Source: Amoebophrya sp. A120 (taxonomy: Eukaryota > Protista > Dinoflagellata). From it: a DNA stretch of 64,000 bases. The translations under genes were made by a program, and so were the position numbers. Positions within the stretch are counted from its first letter, which is position 1. Every line of letters starts with the position of its first letter. The stretch is from the NCBI GenBank assembly GCA_905178155.1, contig CAJINV010000020.1, positions 1,054,001 through 1,118,000 on the forward strand, given 5' to 3'. Below are positions 1 through 11,582 of this stretch, piece by piece. Under the pieces are notes generated by a model. That model was not told the origin of the DNA and did no database searches. It worked only from the letters and a program-made list of their open reading frames with translations.

Positions 1-3000
1 TATTTGGATAAAGCATTGAACGACTACTGCTTGTGCTTGTAGCTCCTGACCGACTTTTCTGACTGGCGTTGGGTACTACCGCCACCCCTCCAGAACTTGA
101 GCGCGAACTACCCCTTCCTGAGCTGCGTCCCAGAGAAAGCAGTGACTCGGCCACACCTGCACCCACTGCAGAGGACGCGGAATCAAATTGAGGCACAAAC
201 ATCTCTTCTGCTTGTTGCGCTAGGGAAGTTTGTCCGGCATCGGTCGTTGTAGCTGTCGTTTCAGTAGTTCCACTACCCGCACCGCGACCACCTGCGCGGC
301 TTTTTGCGGTGTGCCAGATTATTGAACTCCGGGCGGAAACCGAAGAAGATGCTGACGACGAGGTGGACATCAACATCGAGCTTTGAATGCTAGAAAAAGG
401 ATTGTGAAAAAAATCCGCCCCGGCTTTGCTCGGCTTATCTTTCTTTTCTACTTTGTCGACCTGCTTGTTCCCTGGAAAATTCATCCTCCCCGCTAATTTC
501 AATTTCTCCTTTGCAGAGGCAGAGAGCTCTTCCCCCGACAGCTTCAGTCGTTGCAGTGTGCCACCGACCGGCGAAGTTGAGAAGTTGTAGGAGCTAGAAA
601 CCGGCGATCTTCTCAACAACGTCGAACCTTCTTCATCATGATCTACACTCGAACTCGTCGTCGCACTAGCTTTCTTGTTCACTGCTCCAAATAGCGGTCT
701 CGATGTAGAAGTAGAGGAGGCAGGTGAGGGGGGTGGGAACGGGGGCTCCGGAAAAGAAAACTCGATTCGTTCGCCGTCGTCGTGGTAATTCGCGTGAAGC
801 GAGGAGGTGGGCGAAAGCGGGGTGTGCTGGCGCTCGTCCCAGGATGTTGAAAACGCTGGCGTGCTTGATGCCGGTCCGTTATTTATTGCCCCCTCGACGT
901 CGGCACTTGGGGAAAAAGTTGTAGACTGTTGAGTTTGATGTCTTACTTCATCACGACCTTGTTCCAGTTCAATCGATGCTACTTTGCGCGACCTGCCAGG
1001 AGTTGTTTCCACCTTATCCACGTGGGAATATCGGGTGTCAGTAAGATAAACGTCTTTCGTCCTCGCACAGTCTTTGCTTTTTTCTGACGTGGAATGGTGC
1101 ATGGCCGCGACGAGTGATAAGGGATGATAGGAATTTTGCGATCCTTTTGTACTTGTTGTTCCCGTACTTTTGTCCAGCGGAAAATTATCAACGCCCGCCA
1201 TGCTGCTGGCTGTCGCCGGTCCAATCGTGTTGAATGGCAGACTAGACGATGTTGAGCCTCGTCGATCGTCTCGAAGGTGAGCACAGGTGCCGAAGCCTGA
1301 TGTATCTGCTGACGCAGGGTCTAAGTTACTTTGCGGCGTCGTCTCCCCGCGATCCTGATTCAACAAGTGCCCAGTACCTTCGAAACTGCTATCAAGAAAC
1401 GCTGCAACGCCCGCACCAGGAACCGACGTACGACCGGGCGCCATCGCGGCACGCTCCTGGGAAAACAGCGCCGCCGCAGCGCTGGTGGCCTCCTGGTGGT
1501 CACCATGCGTCGTGATTTGAATTGCAGGGCATGAATCTTCGTAGTACTCGGAACGATGGCCAAATGTTGCATCCCGTTCCTGTTCATCTCGTGCTGGCTC
1601 TGCTCTTGCACCTGCCAAAATTATTAAGTCCTCATCGAATGGGTTCTTCGGCGCTAGTACCGAGCTGGTCCTCGTGGCTCCAGACATTGCTAACAGTGGC
1701 TCAGGACGGGGACGCGGTCGCAAGAACGGGGCGACAGGATCCGGAAGATTGTGCAACACTGCTGCATCTTCATGATAATGGCGGCCGTCCCGGACAGCTG
1801 CAACTACAGGATTATGTGGTAGCGGCCCCCACGTTCCTGCAAGAGGCGTTCGCGAAATTTCCTGGCGCGCCCACGTAGAACAAGGATCAGGCTGGCGCGG
1901 TGAAAGATCCAAACCCGCCCCGAAGTACTCCGACTTCATCTGTGCGGGGATAGAAGCTGTCGCCCCTCCCGTTGTCCCTCCTTCTTGTCGGACTTGTGTT
2001 TGCATCGGCAAAACAAGGTCGTGCTGCTGCTGTTCATCCTGACATGGCCTCTCCTTCTCGACGAGAGCAGTACAACTACGGCCATCTGCAACCAGTAGTT
2101 CCGAGACGCAAAAGGCGCAAACCGCTGCGCAGCCCTTCGCTGCATGTAACAGACCTGAGAGGCAGGGGATAATTGTGTATCGTGCGACTTTTGCTGTCGA
2201 CTCGATGAGATGCGAGCAAGCTTCTTTGTCTTTCTTCGTCTCATTTCCAATTGTTGAAGATGGGAAGGCTTCTCTTTGTTCTTGCGAAGAAGTTGTCAAC
2301 CCGCCGTCATCTCCTGCAACTCTTTCCTGGCTGCAAAGGGCTTTGCTGCTCTCTCCACCCGCCTGGAAATGCCTGGTTCGCACTTCTACTTCTCCGTGCT
2401 CGTGGCGAGGGTTCTTCGTGCCCTCCGCTCGTGGTCGGGAAGTTGCTGTTGCATCATGCTGGTTAGTATTTTTCTTTTTGTTCAAAGCAAGGCTGACCAC
2501 TCCGCCGCACCGTGACTTTTTCCCTGGACGGAAACACACGACCGTGGCGAAGTTGGTGTTATCCGCGACCTGTTCTTCATCACGACATGCACTTTCTGCG
2601 TTACCGTTGCGGTTACCCCCGGCCACGCGCTCAGCATATTGTTCAGGTCTTACGAAGACCCCATCCACGTTGCTGGTTGTATCTTGTCCCCGCAGCGGCT
2701 CGTCTACTGCCTCAGCCTCACATTCTTTATCGTTGCTACTCTCGTTTGGGTTTTTTTCCCTACAACGGGCTTGAAAGATGCTGCCTTCTTCGTCGGCGCA
2801 GCTCCAGCCGGCGTGAGCCAATGTAGCACGCACGAAGGCGTTTCTGGCTCGCGCATTGTCGTGCTGGGCAAAGAAGAATACCGGGCAACAAGTGTGACCC
2901 TTCCATTGAGTAGCTGCACTGCGACGCCGCGCTTCTCGGCTTCGTGCTTGCGTAAAAAAAGCAGACTCAACTGCGAGCACAGGACACGAGAAGATCGAGA

Positions 3001-3046
3001 GTACTAAGAATGATGCCAAGAGGATCATGATCTCCGCGATGAGCAT
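1..3046 (-). CDS. Large low-complexity hypothetical protein, probable signal peptide, 3' end outside window
   Basis: ATG at 3046 gives MLIAEIMILLASFLVLSIFSCPVLA (hydrophobic leader). The frame is open in the 5' part I translated and at positions 1-58; absence from the ORF track is consistent with no stop inside the window. Confidence 0.7.
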   Translation of the reverse strand, partial: MLIAEIMILLASFLVLSIFSCPVLAVESAFFTQARSREARRRSAATQWKGHTCCPVFFFAQHDNARARNAFVRATLAHAGWSCADEEGSIFQARCREKNPNESSNDKECEAEAVDEPLRGQDTTSNVDGVFVRPEQYAERVAGGNRNGNAESACRDEEQVADNTNFATVVCFRPGKKSRCGGVVSLALNKKKNTNQHDATATSRPRAEGTKNPRHEHGEVEVRTRHFQAGGESSKALCSQERVAGDDGGLTTSSQEQREAFPSSTIGNETKKDKEACSHLIESTAKVARYTIIPCLSGLLHAAKGCAAVCAFCVSELLVADGRSCTALVEKERPCQDEQQQHDLVLPMQTQVRQEGGTTGGATASIPAQMKSEYFGAGLDLSPRQPDPCSTWARQEISRTPLAGTWGPLPHNPVVAAVRDGRHYHEDAAVLHNLPDPVAPFLRPRPRPEPLLAMSGATRTSSVLAPKNPFDEDLIILAGARAEPARDEQERDATFGHRSEYYEDSCPAIQITTHGDHQEATSAAAALFSQERAAMAPGRTSVPGAGVAAFLDSSFEGTGHLLNQDRGETTPQSNLDPASADTSGFGTCAHLRDDRRGSTSSSLPFNTIGPATASSMAGVDNFPLDKSTGTTSTKGSQNSYHPLSLVAAMHHSTSEKSKDCARTKDVYLTDTRYSHVDKVETTPGRSRKVASIELEQGRDEVRHQTQQSTTFSPSADVEGAINNGPASSTPAFSTSWDERQHTPLSPTSSLHANYHDDGERIEFSFPEPPFPPPSPASSTSTSRPLFGAVNKKASATTSSSVDHDEEGSTLLRRSPVSSSYNFSTSPVGGTLQRLKLSGEELSASAKEKLKLAGRMNFPGNKQVDKVEKKDKPSKAGADFFHNPFSSIQSSMLMSTSSSASSSVSARSSIIWHTAKSRAGGRGAGSGTTETTATTTDAGQTSLAQQAEEMFVPQFDSASSAVGAGVAESLLSLGRSSGRGSSRSSSGGVAVVPNASQKSRSGATSTSSSRSMLYPN

Positions 3047-3581
3047 CTTTTTGATGTGTGACGTTTCGAAAAAAGTACTGCGAATGAAAAACCTACACTC
3101 CTCCAATTGCGGCGCCGTCAGTATAAACAGCCTGCAGCTACGGAATATCTAAGCGGTCGCTCGGTAGGGAAATGGAGCAAACTTTCTCGAAAAGTCCTAG
3201 AAGAACAAACCAAAAACGGGCTACAAGAAAAGTGGGCGTCACGATGACAACGTTCGAGCATCCGACTTACTTCAACAGCAGAGAAATTGATGATCGATAG
3301 ACTTCTTTGACTTGTAAGTGTACCTTTAAACGCAGCTTGCTAGCGACGGGCAAAAACAGAACATGTGCAATCGTGGTCGACGTCCCGCTTTTAAGCCAGT
3401 GGCACTTCAAGACCTCCTGCTGACGTCGTCCACTTTTAATATCCTTCTGTGTCGTGTTTATTTATTGACGGGCCCAGCAAACCCAATTAGATTAAAGTGC
3501 TGGCTTCTTAAAGTCGCTTTTGTTTTGCTGCTGTTGATCTTGATGTTGATCAGCCTGCTCGTGGCACCACGTACTCAGTAC

Positions 3582-5273
3582 TCATGAACCAGGTGTGCAC
3601 TGCAAATACAGCGTTTCCTTGCTTGTGGTCACGACAGTTCTTCCTCCCTCTGATCCCATACCAGCATCCGTCACCACCTCTGTAAAGACGAAAAAAGCGT
3701 CTACCACCCCGACCACGCAGTCGGGTCTTTCCTCGCTTAGAATCCGGTACTGGGTGTGCGCCCGCCCTAGAGCCACGTCCGGTCCACACAGCAGTTCCAG
3801 CGGGGCCGCGTTCTTGGACTCGGGGACAACAAACACGCCGGGAATCTGGCCAAAAGACAATAGCACCTTTTCAAACGCCAGTCCCCCGGAGACGGTCCGG
3901 TTGACGCGACTCAAAAGCGTACGAGCACGGTGGAGGGTATTGCGGCCGAAACGGTCTTCCAGAGTGGCGACTGCGTCGTCCAGGTTAGTAGTGGTGGCAG
4001 TTGCGGTTGTCGTGATTTTCGTCGTTGTTGGGGGCAGGAACTCGGATGGCGAGCCGCTACTTCCGGAGGACGGCTTTTGCAACAATGCCCGAGCAGTGAA
4101 CTCCAATGTCTCCGGATACGGCGTTGACGCAAACGTGCGGCCGTTTACCCGGAGCGTGTCTCGTTGCAAGTCCTTCTGGTTCTGCTTGTCAGTCTTGCGG
4201 TTCGCAGCAGCCATGAATTGTTCCGCAGCTGTCTTGTCAGATGAGGTCGTTCCAGTGGATGTTCCCGTAACGGCAACGCGTTGTTCCTCGGTGTAGTTGC
4301 CGCCATTTTTCCCGTTCGCGAATTCTGACGAGGAATTTATTTCCTGCTCAGCGGATGAAGAGCTGCTGCTGCTGTTCCCGATTTCATTCGCCGCTTGCTC
4401 CTCCTGCGGTCTCTCAGGTGTGCCAGAACTCGACGAGCTCGTCGTGGTTTTTTGCAAGTGGTATGTGAACACCTTGTCGGAACAGCGGCGCTGAAACCAT
4501 TGCAGAACCTGCTCCAGCGAGTCTGGATCATTCTGGCCGGAGAAATCATCGGCACCGGTTGTGTCTTCATGACTTGTTCCCGCCACCTTCTGCTGTTCAG
4601 ACACGAAAACCGGAACAGGCGTGTCTGCTGCCTGAGGTTGTTGTAATTCCTGGTCAACATCCTCACTGGTTTTGAATCTCGTCGTCGTGTTTGATCTCTC
4701 CTGATATTCCCGTCTCACTTGCCTTAGTACAGCAGCGGTAGTTGCAGCTGCTGCTGTAGAAGAAGTTGCACTTCTCGCACCGGCATGATCTCCATTCTGC
4801 AACAACGAGGGATCCTGGTCGTGGTCGACGCGGCCCTCGCCCTCCTCGACCTCGTCCCCTCCAGCTGCAAAAATGCTCTCCAAAAGCGTTTGCGCCAAAT
4901 ATAAAAACCTGGCTTCCTCCTGGAAAAGCAATTGTTGGGCCTCCTGCTTTGTGCTCGCAACCTGTTGGCGCGCGACGCGCACGGCTTCGCGGCGCGCTGC
5001 GGTAGACAAGTCGCTACCTCCTATTGTAAACCTTTCTGAGCCACCGGATGCGAAGAAAATTGGAACGAGGTTGTTGTGGGATGCGTCAGTCCGCGGCGCC
5101 GCCGCGGGCGCACTGAGACTTGTTCCCTTCGAGGGGCTGCTGCTGCCGCGAGAGTGCTGGGTTTGTGTTGAAGCAGTGGTTCCCAGGGATGCCAAGTCCT
5201 CTAAAATCTGGCCCTCCGTCAACACTGACCAGGCATTTGTACCGAGCGGCGTCGTGCCATTACTGGGTGCCAT
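3582..5273 (-). CDS. Hypothetical protein (563 aa), low-complexity N-terminus, globular-looking C-terminus
   Basis: Uninterrupted 563-aa ATG ORF on the same strand as all neighbours; no family recognised. Confidence 0.7.
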   Translation of the reverse strand: MAPSNGTTPLGTNAWSVLTEGQILEDLASLGTTASTQTQHSRGSSSPSKGTSLSAPAAAPRTDASHNNLVPIFFASGGSERFTIGGSDLSTAARREAVRVARQQVASTKQEAQQLLFQEEARFLYLAQTLLESIFAAGGDEVEEGEGRVDHDQDPSLLQNGDHAGARSATSSTAAAATTAAVLRQVRREYQERSNTTTRFKTSEDVDQELQQPQAADTPVPVFVSEQQKVAGTSHEDTTGADDFSGQNDPDSLEQVLQWFQRRCSDKVFTYHLQKTTTSSSSSGTPERPQEEQAANEIGNSSSSSSSAEQEINSSSEFANGKNGGNYTEEQRVAVTGTSTGTTSSDKTAAEQFMAAANRKTDKQNQKDLQRDTLRVNGRTFASTPYPETLEFTARALLQKPSSGSSGSPSEFLPPTTTKITTTATATTTNLDDAVATLEDRFGRNTLHRARTLLSRVNRTVSGGLAFEKVLLSFGQIPGVFVVPESKNAAPLELLCGPDVALGRAHTQYRILSEERPDCVVGVVDAFFVFTEVVTDAGMGSEGGRTVVTTSKETLYLQCTPGS

Positions 5274-6217
5274 TCTCGAGGTTTGGTTGAGTTTAGTAGT
5301 TCAAAAGCGATGGAAATTGTATGTCGATCAAGGATAGAAGCGATAATAGCGCATTGTAGAAGTAGCTGTAGCTTGATGATGAAGAGTCAGAAACATCAGC
5401 AGGGTGATTACGTAGCTAGAGCAAGACTGAAGTGATAGATAGAGATAGTAAGCACTTGATACGGCAGTGTCGAACCACGGAAATACGGCAGTGTCGAACC
5501 TGGTGCGCACCGCGCATACAGCTGCAACCGGGAGGAGTTTTTATGTTCTACTTTACAGTGGGGAAGATAGTGCTTCAATTATACCAGTACTAGGCTTTGC
5601 CGAGTCGTAGTCCTTCCCCGAGGACAAGTGGAGATCGGGATCGCTTCGCTCTGATTGATAGGTGATCGCGGCTTATTTCTTCATGTGAACAAAAGCTGCA
5701 AACCTTGTTGCTAAAAACAGCAGAAGTAGCAGCGAGCCCGCAGTTGTTCATCGGCACGCATGTTGTCCGTCATCGGGAATCAATTCTGGATCTCGGGTTC
5801 GAAGATGAAGCTAGCTCTTGACGAGGAAATGCTTTTTCGTCGCCTAGTATGGTACTCATCAAATTATGATATCGTGCTTTAGCGACAGCGGCAGCTCGCG
5901 TGTGGCCTTCATCCTCTGGTGCGGCACTCTCTTCGTCAACGAGGCTAATCCACTGCACGACCTCCCTTTCGTCCACGACGACGACAAGGCGGCGTCATCG
6001 GTTCAACAGCAGCTGCTGGAACAAGTTGTACTCGAACTTCACTTTCTTGTGTCTGCTGCTCGAGAGCTGCAGGAGGAACGAAAGGAAGTGGTCCACATCG
6101 AGCTGCATTTCCACAATCTTGATCATCATCTTCTTCGAAGTTTTTATCGGTATATTGCTTACCAACACCCCGACGTGTACTTTACTCGTCCCGCGAACTA
6201 CTGCTCGACCTTCTCAG

Positions 6218-9200
6218 TCACCGATTCCAGGGCGCGCAATTGTTCGGGTATTCCCAGGGCTGCAAGTGGCGGCTGAAAAAGTGGAGCAGCAGCAAGGGGA
6301 TTTCTCGACGCCAGCCGGCCTGCCGAACCAGCGTGTGATCCTCGCCTTGTACGGTGATCAAGGTCGCCGGCTCCTCATTTGTCGCGGTCACGCCATTTTT
6401 GACGGCTCCTGAGGTACTAAACGCCGCCCTGCTGCGATCTGTAGTTTTTAAAAATATAGTGCAATCCTCCTGTTGAATTGTTCCTTGTTTCTGGCTTTGC
6501 GTATTGATTCAGCCTCACCACAGATGTGAATCGTTCTCCATCATGACTACGCACTAGCATTATACGCCTCAAATAAACGTCCTGCCTGTGAAGATCACAA
6601 ACCACGAATACAAATACCCGGTGAAGATCCTCCCTCAAAGTCCGGAGCTACCCTTTCAACGTCGACAAAGCTTTCCGTTTTGGCGTCGAAGTGCTTCATT
6701 TCGTAGCCGCCGCAGTGCTTTTTCAGCACCAAATCGCGGAACCGGAGGCAGTTGTCGAAAGTGACAACCTGGTCTTCCGTGCCGTGCATCACAAGCACCG
6801 GCGCCTGCAGCGGCCCCTGCACGAACACCGGGCTGATTCTTCGCGCGTGCTCCAGCGCAGGGTTGGGACAGACTGGATCGGTCACGAAGCCGCCGAGGAG
6901 AGATACGTCCCGGCTGTCGTTCGAGCACTGTTGCGACCTGGCCCAATCGGTGATCGGGCAGAACGCCACGCCGCACTGGAACACCGTGGGAAAGGCTTGG
7001 AACCCCCCGTTCTTCACGGCCATCTTCACTTCGCTGCCCCCGCCCGTGTAGTTTCCGAGGGACACGGCTTCCGCTTGCTGCACACACAGTAACGTTACCA
7101 AACCGCCACAGCTCCGGCCCGCGAGTCCGATCTTCGGCGCGAAGCCCTGTTCGCTGGCGCCCTTGTCACCGAAGAAGTCGACCTGGGCCTGGCGGGTGCG
7201 AAAATACTTGCCCACATCCAGCACGTCGCTCACGTCCGCGACGCCGAACCGGCCGGGGCCCCACCCGGCGCGGAGCCGGGACAGTCCGTACCGCGTGCCG
7301 CCGACGAAATTTGGCATCACGCAAATGTAGCCGTGGCTGGCGAGCCAGGGGCCCAGGTGCACCGGCCCCCAGGTGCGGTTGGGGGACGCGGAACCCAGCG
7401 CGTTCGGGGAAGTGGGAATCCAATCGAGCCGCGTGTGGCTGTTCGGTCCGCCGTGCAGCCACACGATTACTGGGTACTTGCGCTGCAGCCTACTGCTACT
7501 GGAACTGCTGGATGAGGAGCTTCGTGTCGCACCACCTGATGAGAAGTAGATTTGGACGAGTGTTTCATTCATTCCCCTTCCCGATTGTTTGAACAAGATG
7601 ATGATCCTGATCATAGTGTATGAGGATCAACGCACCGTCTTACGAAGTGTCATTGCGCGACGCGAGAAACATCGTTCACAGCTGCAGCCGGAAGAAATAA
7701 TACAGCATTATACCTCTTTCAGGCGAGGACGACGCCGCCGGGCCGTCCTTGACGTATTCGCACGTTTCCGGTAGGTACACCACACAGGGCACCCTTTCGC
7801 CGCCGCGCGACGGCGCTGGGATGCTGAGACACCGGGGCGGTGCGGTCGGGAACCGCCGGCCCGTGTAGGTCAGCCGGTAGGTGGGAACGTAGTTGACTGC
7901 CTCGGGGTTCAGGCCGTTGCACACGTAGAACACATCCCCACTTTCCGTCGGCGACGCGTGAAACACGTAGATGGCCCCCGCCTGTCCCGCGTTCCGGGAC
8001 GAACCGCCGGTGGGCGAGCCCAGCGTCGTAGTGCCGCTTTTTGTCGCGGAGTTGGTCGGAGTCCGTCCTGCGGACGTGACTTCGAGGGACGTCGCCGCAG
8101 TGCCTGTGTCCAGCCCCGTGCCCCGCGGGCCGCCTTGGAAAACTCCGGGTCGCCCCCCGACCGTGCCGGAACCCGTCGTGTGCTGCACTGGCGTGCCTTC
8201 CACGCTGGCCGCGGTGGAGGACGCACCGCGCTTCGGCGACGGCGAGACCGGCGCGGTGTCGGCTGCGGCCGGCTCCGCGAACAACGGCACCAAACAGCCG
8301 CGGGTGAGCACCTGGGGGCCCGGGAGGCGAATGCAGAGCCCGCGGTCGAAATTCAGCGTCCACAGTATGACGCGCTCAGGTGTAGTTACAATCTCAACTG
8401 TTACAATAGAATATGGAAATCTGTGATACAAGAGTGCATCATCTAGCCAACTCTCATAGGATTGCGCATGACAAGTTCCGGAGCCCCAAACTTCACTACA
8501 ATCTGGCGAAATTTGTAGTGCAAAAGGTGGAACGCTGTGCGAGTCTGTCATGCTCATCATGCAACACAGATCCCAGAAGATTCTATTGTAACGTTTGAGA
8601 TGGTAACCGATTTGAGCAAGTCATACACAGCTCGTCCCAGAACCGCGCGTCGTCCGGACACAACGCTGCTTCGGCGTTCTTCGGGGGCTTGCCGGCCGAT
8701 CCGGGGCGGGAGAGGATCCCGTGCCACGTGCCCTTCACGTCCTGGAAGACGACGAACGAGTTGCCGTCAAATTCCCCAAAACACTCCGGCACGGCGGTTT
8801 TGTAGTTCCGATTCCACGGGTTAGGTGTGCTGGACTGCCGCAACTGCAACGTCCGTTCGTAGCGCGCTTGCGAGCAGCCGGGAAAGAGCAAATGCGGTGC
8901 GGACCTGTTGGTGCTGCTGGTTGACAGGCTGGCGGCTGCAGAACTAGCATCGCCAGTTGGCGCCAGATTTGGCTGTTGAAAATCTGTCCAGCAACAATTC
9001 AACGGATCGTCCCTTCGGAGGTGCGAGCCATGCGACCGCCACTTCACCTCATGGAAAAAAAGCGGGAAAACCGCCACAGTGTACATCCCACAGCGGTCAT
9101 CCACGGTCATGAGGACGGCGATCCGCCCCCCTCCCAGCCACTTCGCCTGCGGCTTGGCGTAATCACACCAGTGCATGCACCGCTTTATTTGCGACGTTGC

Positions 9201-10859
9201 CGCGGAGGTATTGTGCTGACTTTGGTCTGCTGCTTCCGCGGCGCTGACCGAGCCAAACAGGTCCCAGTTGTCGCGAATGCACGTCGGCTCAAGCTGGTCT
9301 GCAGCCGCGCAGATCCCCAGTTCCAGCAAGGCCGCACGAATCGCGTCCAGCCGGCCGCCGGCGCGCACGTCCCGCACGTCCGCGGGTGGTGGTGCTCGTT
9401 TCGGACTGGCTCCAGCCTGGCTGCCCACCAGCGAACCGTCCGGACCCTCGACGTACCCCGCGGCGTTAGCGTTCTCGAACAACATCAGTCGGCCCTGCAT
9501 GGTGTTCGGCTCGCGCACACAGGCCAACAGCCGCCAGTTGAACATGGCGTTGGACGCGGACAGCGCTTGTTTCTGCTCTTTGCTGGCGTCCGGGCCCGGT
9601 GGGCACACCAAGTCCACACAGTCGACGCGCTCGTGCGGGGCGAGCTCGAAGGTGAATAAACACTGCGTCTCGGGTAGGTGCAGGGAGAAGTTTAGGTCCA
9701 ACGATAACTGCGTCTTTTTCTTCCGCAAGACCAAGGCGGACTCCTGCGCTGATGGTCCTCCGCCAGCTTGATCCTCGACAGAAACAGGATAGTACCGACC
9801 CAGCAGTGCGAACAGGTCTGGGCCACCAGATGTTGACAACATCTGCTGCTCGGGCGCGAAGGCCGCCGCGGTCAGTGGCCGGGGGTCGAGAACGACGAGC
9901 ACATCCGTTGCGGTGTGCGTCGCCGGCGGAAGGCAGTTTCGGCTGCTGGTGCTTGAGCTGGTTTTCACACAAGAAGAACCTGAACCGCCAGTCGTCGAAG
10001 ACGCTGTAGTTATTTTTCGACGCAAAACTATCGCAATGCGGCCCAGACTGTCGCAGCTGAGAATGCCAGTGTCGGCGGATGGAATTTCGAAACCGGGGAA
10101 GCTGATCCGCAGCGGTTCCTCTTCAAATCCGTGAAAGAGCCACAGGAAGTGGTCCGCAGCCACCACCAGACCCTCCCGCGTCCACAGCGGCGGGCAGTGC
10201 GCGGTCCGCAGTCCGTACAGTAGTTTCCGCGGGAACCCGGGCGTGCCCCCGGTGGTCAGCGACGCGGCCGAGGCCGCGTTCTATTAGATGCAAAAATGTC
10301 TGGGTCTGGAAGATTTCTATGCTCTCTGGATTTTAAAAAGATTTGTATTGCATGACCGGCAATAGAACTCCAGTCTGTGCTACTCGGAGAGGGAAGTTCT
10401 CATGCGCTAGAGGCATGACAAAGGCCCCTAAAAATATGTCAAACTAGAGCATGCATCACAGACATCATGAGTCTTCCAAAATATGCATGACAAACCTGGC
10501 AAGCTTCCAGACCCAGACATTTTTACATTTGATACGTTCATCGGTTGCACGATGTCGCAGCAAACTATCCAGGAAAAAACACCCATCCCCATCCAATTTG
10601 TCATGCAAAACGTGCATAAAGTCCACCACTTGTCATGTAAAAAATGGATAAGGAGGGGTGTTTTTTCCTGGATACAAACCAGGTCGAGCTTGGGGGCGGT
10701 TTCCGAAACCTCGTCGTCTTGCCTCGCTCTTTCCAAGTGGTCGAGCCCCCGCGACTGGAACCACGCCAGGCCGTCCGCGCAGGCCGCATAGTAAAAGTTT
10801 TGCGGACCCAGGTCGTAAAGACCCGTGAACGTGCCGAGTTGCTCCGAGGACGTCGTCAT
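6218..10859 (-). CDS. S9 family (prolyl oligopeptidase/acylaminoacyl-peptidase-like) serine peptidase, ~1205 aa, 6 exons
   Basis: Removed elements 10566-10674, 10282-10534, 8366-8625 (each plus one TSD) and GT-AG introns 7536-7713 and 6409-6617, giving a continuous 3618-nt frame. Motifs: VWLHGGP, GRSCGG (Ser), HGTEDQVV (Asp), GEDH (His, last exon), C-terminal FFSRHL. Confidence 0.88.
8366..8625. mobile_element. Introner-type element, family G-like (260 bp)
   Basis: TAT...ATA ends, imperfect ~45-bp TIR, TSD cacag/cacag; removal gives WDELWTLNFD. Confidence 0.85.
10282..10534. mobile_element. Introner-type element, family A (253 bp)
   Basis: TIR ~tatcaaatgtaaaaatgtctgggtctggaag, TSD cgttc/cgttc; removal gives QPMNAASAA. 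Confidence 0.92.
10566..10674. mobile_element. Introner-type element, family B (109 bp)
   Basis: TIR tatccaggaaaaaacaccc, TSD caaac/caaac; removal gives KLDLVCCDIV. Confidence 0.9.
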
Positions 10860-11582
10860 GGTTGGTGAAATGAGTCGTTTTTTTATATTAAAGCTTCTTC
10901 TTCTTCTCCTAAGTAGCCGTCATCGGCGTCTTGTAGCTTCGTGCTTCTTCACTCAAAGAACCCGTGCAGAGAACGACGATAAAGATAATACCTCTCAACA
11001 GAGCCAGATAGACGAAAGCAAAAGAGCTGCTTTACTACAAAATTCACGACAGAGTGAAGAAGAATCAATGAACATCACTGTACATCGTACTGATGCTGAA
11101 GTAAAGTAAACCTCCACCATGATGTGCCTCGGCACTACAGCGAAGTTGTCCTCGTAAGCATTCATCCGATTCTGGTGCCATCTACTTTTTGAGATCTTTC
11201 TCGTATATGATCACGAGCAACGTGTTCTCCCATTCAGATTTAACATTTTCAAACTGGTTTCGAACAGACGACGTGACAAGACAAGTAGATGTGGATGTAG
11301 ACATTAATTGGTGAGGAAACATAAAAACGTACCGTAGGTGAAAAGAAGAAACGTCCTTCCTTTCGCCTTCACCCTTAATTGAATGCAGGTCATGGATGAA
11401 AAAGCCTAAAGTAGAAACTACTCAGATACATCACTATGAGAGCGTTTACTGAAGAATGTTAATTGCGATACTTGCTCTGCTCCTCGAGAAAATGTAAATG
11501 AGTCTCTAATATTGACAAAAAATCAAAATCTATGAGTGCTGAGCGATGCTAAATTATTATACGTGCTGAAGGTGAACTCAGT